A stretch of DNA of 40,591 bases from Clostridiales bacterium (GTDB lineage: Bacteria > Bacillota > Clostridia > Peptostreptococcales > T1SED10-28): the NCBI GenBank assembly GCA_007118655.1, contig SKRE01000001.1, forward strand, positions 1 through 40,591, written 5' to 3'. A model generated the notes under the pieces. The model saw nothing but the letters and a program-made list of their open reading frames with translations. It ran no database searches and was not told where the DNA came from. Made by a program: the position numbers and the translations under genes. Positions 38,554 to 40,591 of this stretch are shown piece by piece (position 1 is the stretch's first letter; each line of letters opens with the position of its first letter).

Positions 38554-39786
38554 ATGAAATTTTCAACCTTACCCCCGAAGGGTACCTTTGATGTAACCCC
38601 GGAGGAAATGGAACTTCGAAGCTGGATGGAGGATACCATTAAAAATACGTATAAGGAACACGGGTTTATGCAAATTGAAACCCCTTCCATTGAAAACCTG
38701 GAGCTGTTGACCAACAGTGAAGGGGGAGAAAATCTCCAAATGCTTTTTAAAATCTTAAAGCGGGGAGAAAAATTCAATCCCGAAGCAATTACGGAAAACA
38801 CCACGGAAAATGATCTGTGCGATTTGGGGCTCCGTTTTGATCTTACCTTGCCTCTAAGCCGGTTTTATGCCAATAATCGAAACAATTTATTGAATCCCTT
38901 TAAAGCCTTTCAAATGGGCTATGTATGGCGGGCGGAAAAGCCGCAAAAAGGACGGTTCCGTCAATTTACCCAGTGTGATATCGATATTTTAGGAGACGAG
39001 TCCATCTATGCGGAAATCGACTTGATTTTAACCGTGACCAAAGCCTTAAAGCGACTGGGCTTTGACGACTGCACCGTAAAGGTCAACGACCGAAGGCTTC
39101 TTCGGGAAATGGTACAGCGGTCCGGCCTGCCTGCCGAGGAGTTTGCCACCCTATGCATTACCTTGGACAAGGCGGATAAAATCGGAAAAGACGGCGTCTT
39201 AAGAGAGCTGTTGGAAAAAGGTTTTGATGAGGAACCCGCAAGAAATCTTTTAGAACTGTTAGGGACCATCAACGAAGACGGTTTGGAAGCCTTTGAAAGC
39301 GAAGAGGCCAAAGATCTTCAGCGATTGATTGATAATGTGAAGGATTACTACCCCATCGAGTTCCAACCTACCTTGGTTCGGGGCATGGGATACTATACCG
39401 GTCCGATTTTTGAAATTGAAAGTCAGGACTTTAAAAGCTCCATTGCCGGAGGGGGCCGCTACGACGACTTGCTGTCAAAGTTCCAGAAGGATTCTCTTCC
39501 CGGAGTCGGGGTATCCATCGGCTTCGAGCGGATTTTTGCCATCCTTCGGGAAAAAGATTTTATCATTCCGGAACAGCCGAAAAAACGGGCCTTGATCTAT
39601 ACTTCCGAGGAAGATCTGCAAAAGACTGTGGCCTTCGCGGAAGCCCTGCGGGACCGGGGACAGATCATATCCATGGTACGGGCTTTCAACAAGCTGGGCA
39701 AAAAAATCAAACAACTGGAAAATAGCGGTTTTGACGATGTCCTGGTGGTTCGGGAAGATACGGTTCTGGATGATCTGCTGCACTAG
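38554..39786 (+). CDS. hisS: histidine--tRNA ligase
   Basis: PKGT.D, IETP, LRFDLTLPL, VWRAEKPQKGRFRQFTQCDIDI, LVRGMGYYTG, GGGRYD, G.SIGFER. Confidence 0.95.
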   Translation: MKFSTLPPKGTFDVTPEEMELRSWMEDTIKNTYKEHGFMQIETPSIENLELLTNSEGGENLQMLFKILKRGEKFNPEAITENTTENDLCDLGLRFDLTLPLSRFYANNRNNLLNPFKAFQMGYVWRAEKPQKGRFRQFTQCDIDILGDESIYAEIDLILTVTKALKRLGFDDCTVKVNDRRLLREMVQRSGLPAEEFATLCITLDKADKIGKDGVLRELLEKGFDEEPARNLLELLGTINEDGLEAFESEEAKDLQRLIDNVKDYYPIEFQPTLVRGMGYYTGPIFEIESQDFKSSIAGGGRYDDLLSKFQKDSLPGVGVSIGFERIFAILREKDFIIPEQPKKRALIYTSEEDLQKTVAFAEALRDRGQIISMVRAFNKLGKKIKQLENSGFDDVLVVREDTVLDDLLH

Positions 39787-39842
39787 GAGTAACCTGGAAA
39801 CTTAATAACAAAATAAACTTAAAACCCAAAAGATACACATCC

Positions 39843-39883
39843 AAGACAAAGGACCGATCGATTCGGATTCTTTGTCTTTTTTT
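39843..39883 (+). terminator. intrinsic terminator after hisS
   Basis: AAGACAAAGGA-CCGA / TCGG-A-TTCTTTGTCTT stem plus T run. Confidence 0.85.
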
Positions 39884-39896
39884 ACAGGAGGATGTC

Positions 39897-40591
39897 ATGG
39901 AAGCGAGAAAAAAACGAATTGAAGAATTGGATATTCTAAGAGGTTTTGCCCTGTTCGGCGTGCTGCTGGTGAATTTGACGATGATGCACACCAGCCGGAC
40001 GGGTTTTAGTGTTTCCAGAATGGGACTGGAAGGAATCAACCGCCTGTCCGCCTTAGGGATTGAAATGTTTTTTCAAGGGAAATTTTATACGATTTTTTCG
40101 ATTCTTTTCGGCCTGGGGTTTTATCTCTTTATGAACCGAGGGGAGAGGGCAAAGGAATCCGGTCAGCAGGTATTACATCATGGGAATTTCCCGGATATGA
40201 ATCCTTTTTTCCTTCGCCGAATGATTGTCCTGCTGGTTTTTGGAATTCTCCATATGATCCTGGTCTGGCACGGAGACATTCTTCATACCTACGCCCTGAT
40301 CGGCCTTGTGCTCTTCTGGAGGCGCAATAAAAGCGATGAAAGCCTGCTTCGGGGGGCACTGATATGGCTGATGGCTGCAGCCCTCCTTAACGGGGCTTTA
40401 ACCGCTATTATTGAAGCCCCGGAGGTGTATCAGGCCATAGTAACTTCGGAGATGATTCCCTACGCCGATGAAATCTACAGTCAAGGGTCCTACATCAGCC
40501 TGCTCCGGTACCGGCTGGTTCATGAAGTCCAAAGTGCACCGGTGGATCTGCTGTTTATCCTTCCGAAAATTCTCGGACTGTTTTATCTGGG
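39897..40591 (+). CDS. DUF418/YeiB-like membrane protein, 3'-truncated (absent from ORF track)
   Basis: SD AGGAGG then ATG 39897; my translation reads MEARKKRIEELDILRGFALFGVLLVN...GKFYTIFSILFG.GF...RRMIVLLVFGILH...GDILHTYAL, open to the window end. Confidence 0.9.
   Translation, partial: MEARKKRIEELDILRGFALFGVLLVNLTMMHTSRTGFSVSRMGLEGINRLSALGIEMFFQGKFYTIFSILFGLGFYLFMNRGERAKESGQQVLHHGNFPDMNPFFLRRMIVLLVFGILHMILVWHGDILHTYALIGLVLFWRRNKSDESLLRGALIWLMAAALLNGALTAIIEAPEVYQAIVTSEMIPYADEIYSQGSYISLLRYRLVHEVQSAPVDLLFILPKILGLFYL

Noticed and set aside
1-40591. All genes on one strand
   Set aside because: Expected leading-strand bias in PolC-containing Firmicutes; not unusual

Overview
Core-genome window from a low/moderate-GC Firmicute (Clostridia-like gene order). 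All 39 supportable CDSs lie on the + strand. Order: 5'-truncated polC, rimP-nusA-ylxR(rnpM)-L7Ae-infB-rbfA-nrnA-truB-ribF, rpsO, pnp, ftsK, rimO-pgsA, recA, rny, iscR-iscS-iscU, AI-2E transporter, alaS, YdcZ-type DMT, ireB, Fe-S aldo/keto reductase-ruvX-DUF1292-sfsA, fur-rnj, split LysO pair, trmR-U32(trhP)-udk, CBS protein, threonine aldolase, hisS and a 3'-truncated DUF418 gene missing from the ORF track. I see no rRNA, tRNA, CRISPR, prophage, transposase or intein, and no clearly new multi-gene system. The best leads are non-coding or translational: (i) rny appears to need a non-canonical ATC start codon to make membrane-anchored RNase Y; (ii) a perfect 31-bp-arm REP/REPIN-like palindrome at a synteny break before the LysO pair; (iii) a 39-nt all-purine tract in the pnp leader; (iv) a structured non-T-box element before hisS; (v) clear LexA, IscR type-1 and Fur operators. 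Several start sites were moved from the ORF track to fit Shine-Dalgarno (SD) spacing. Gene calls rest on recognised motifs and synteny, not on database searches.
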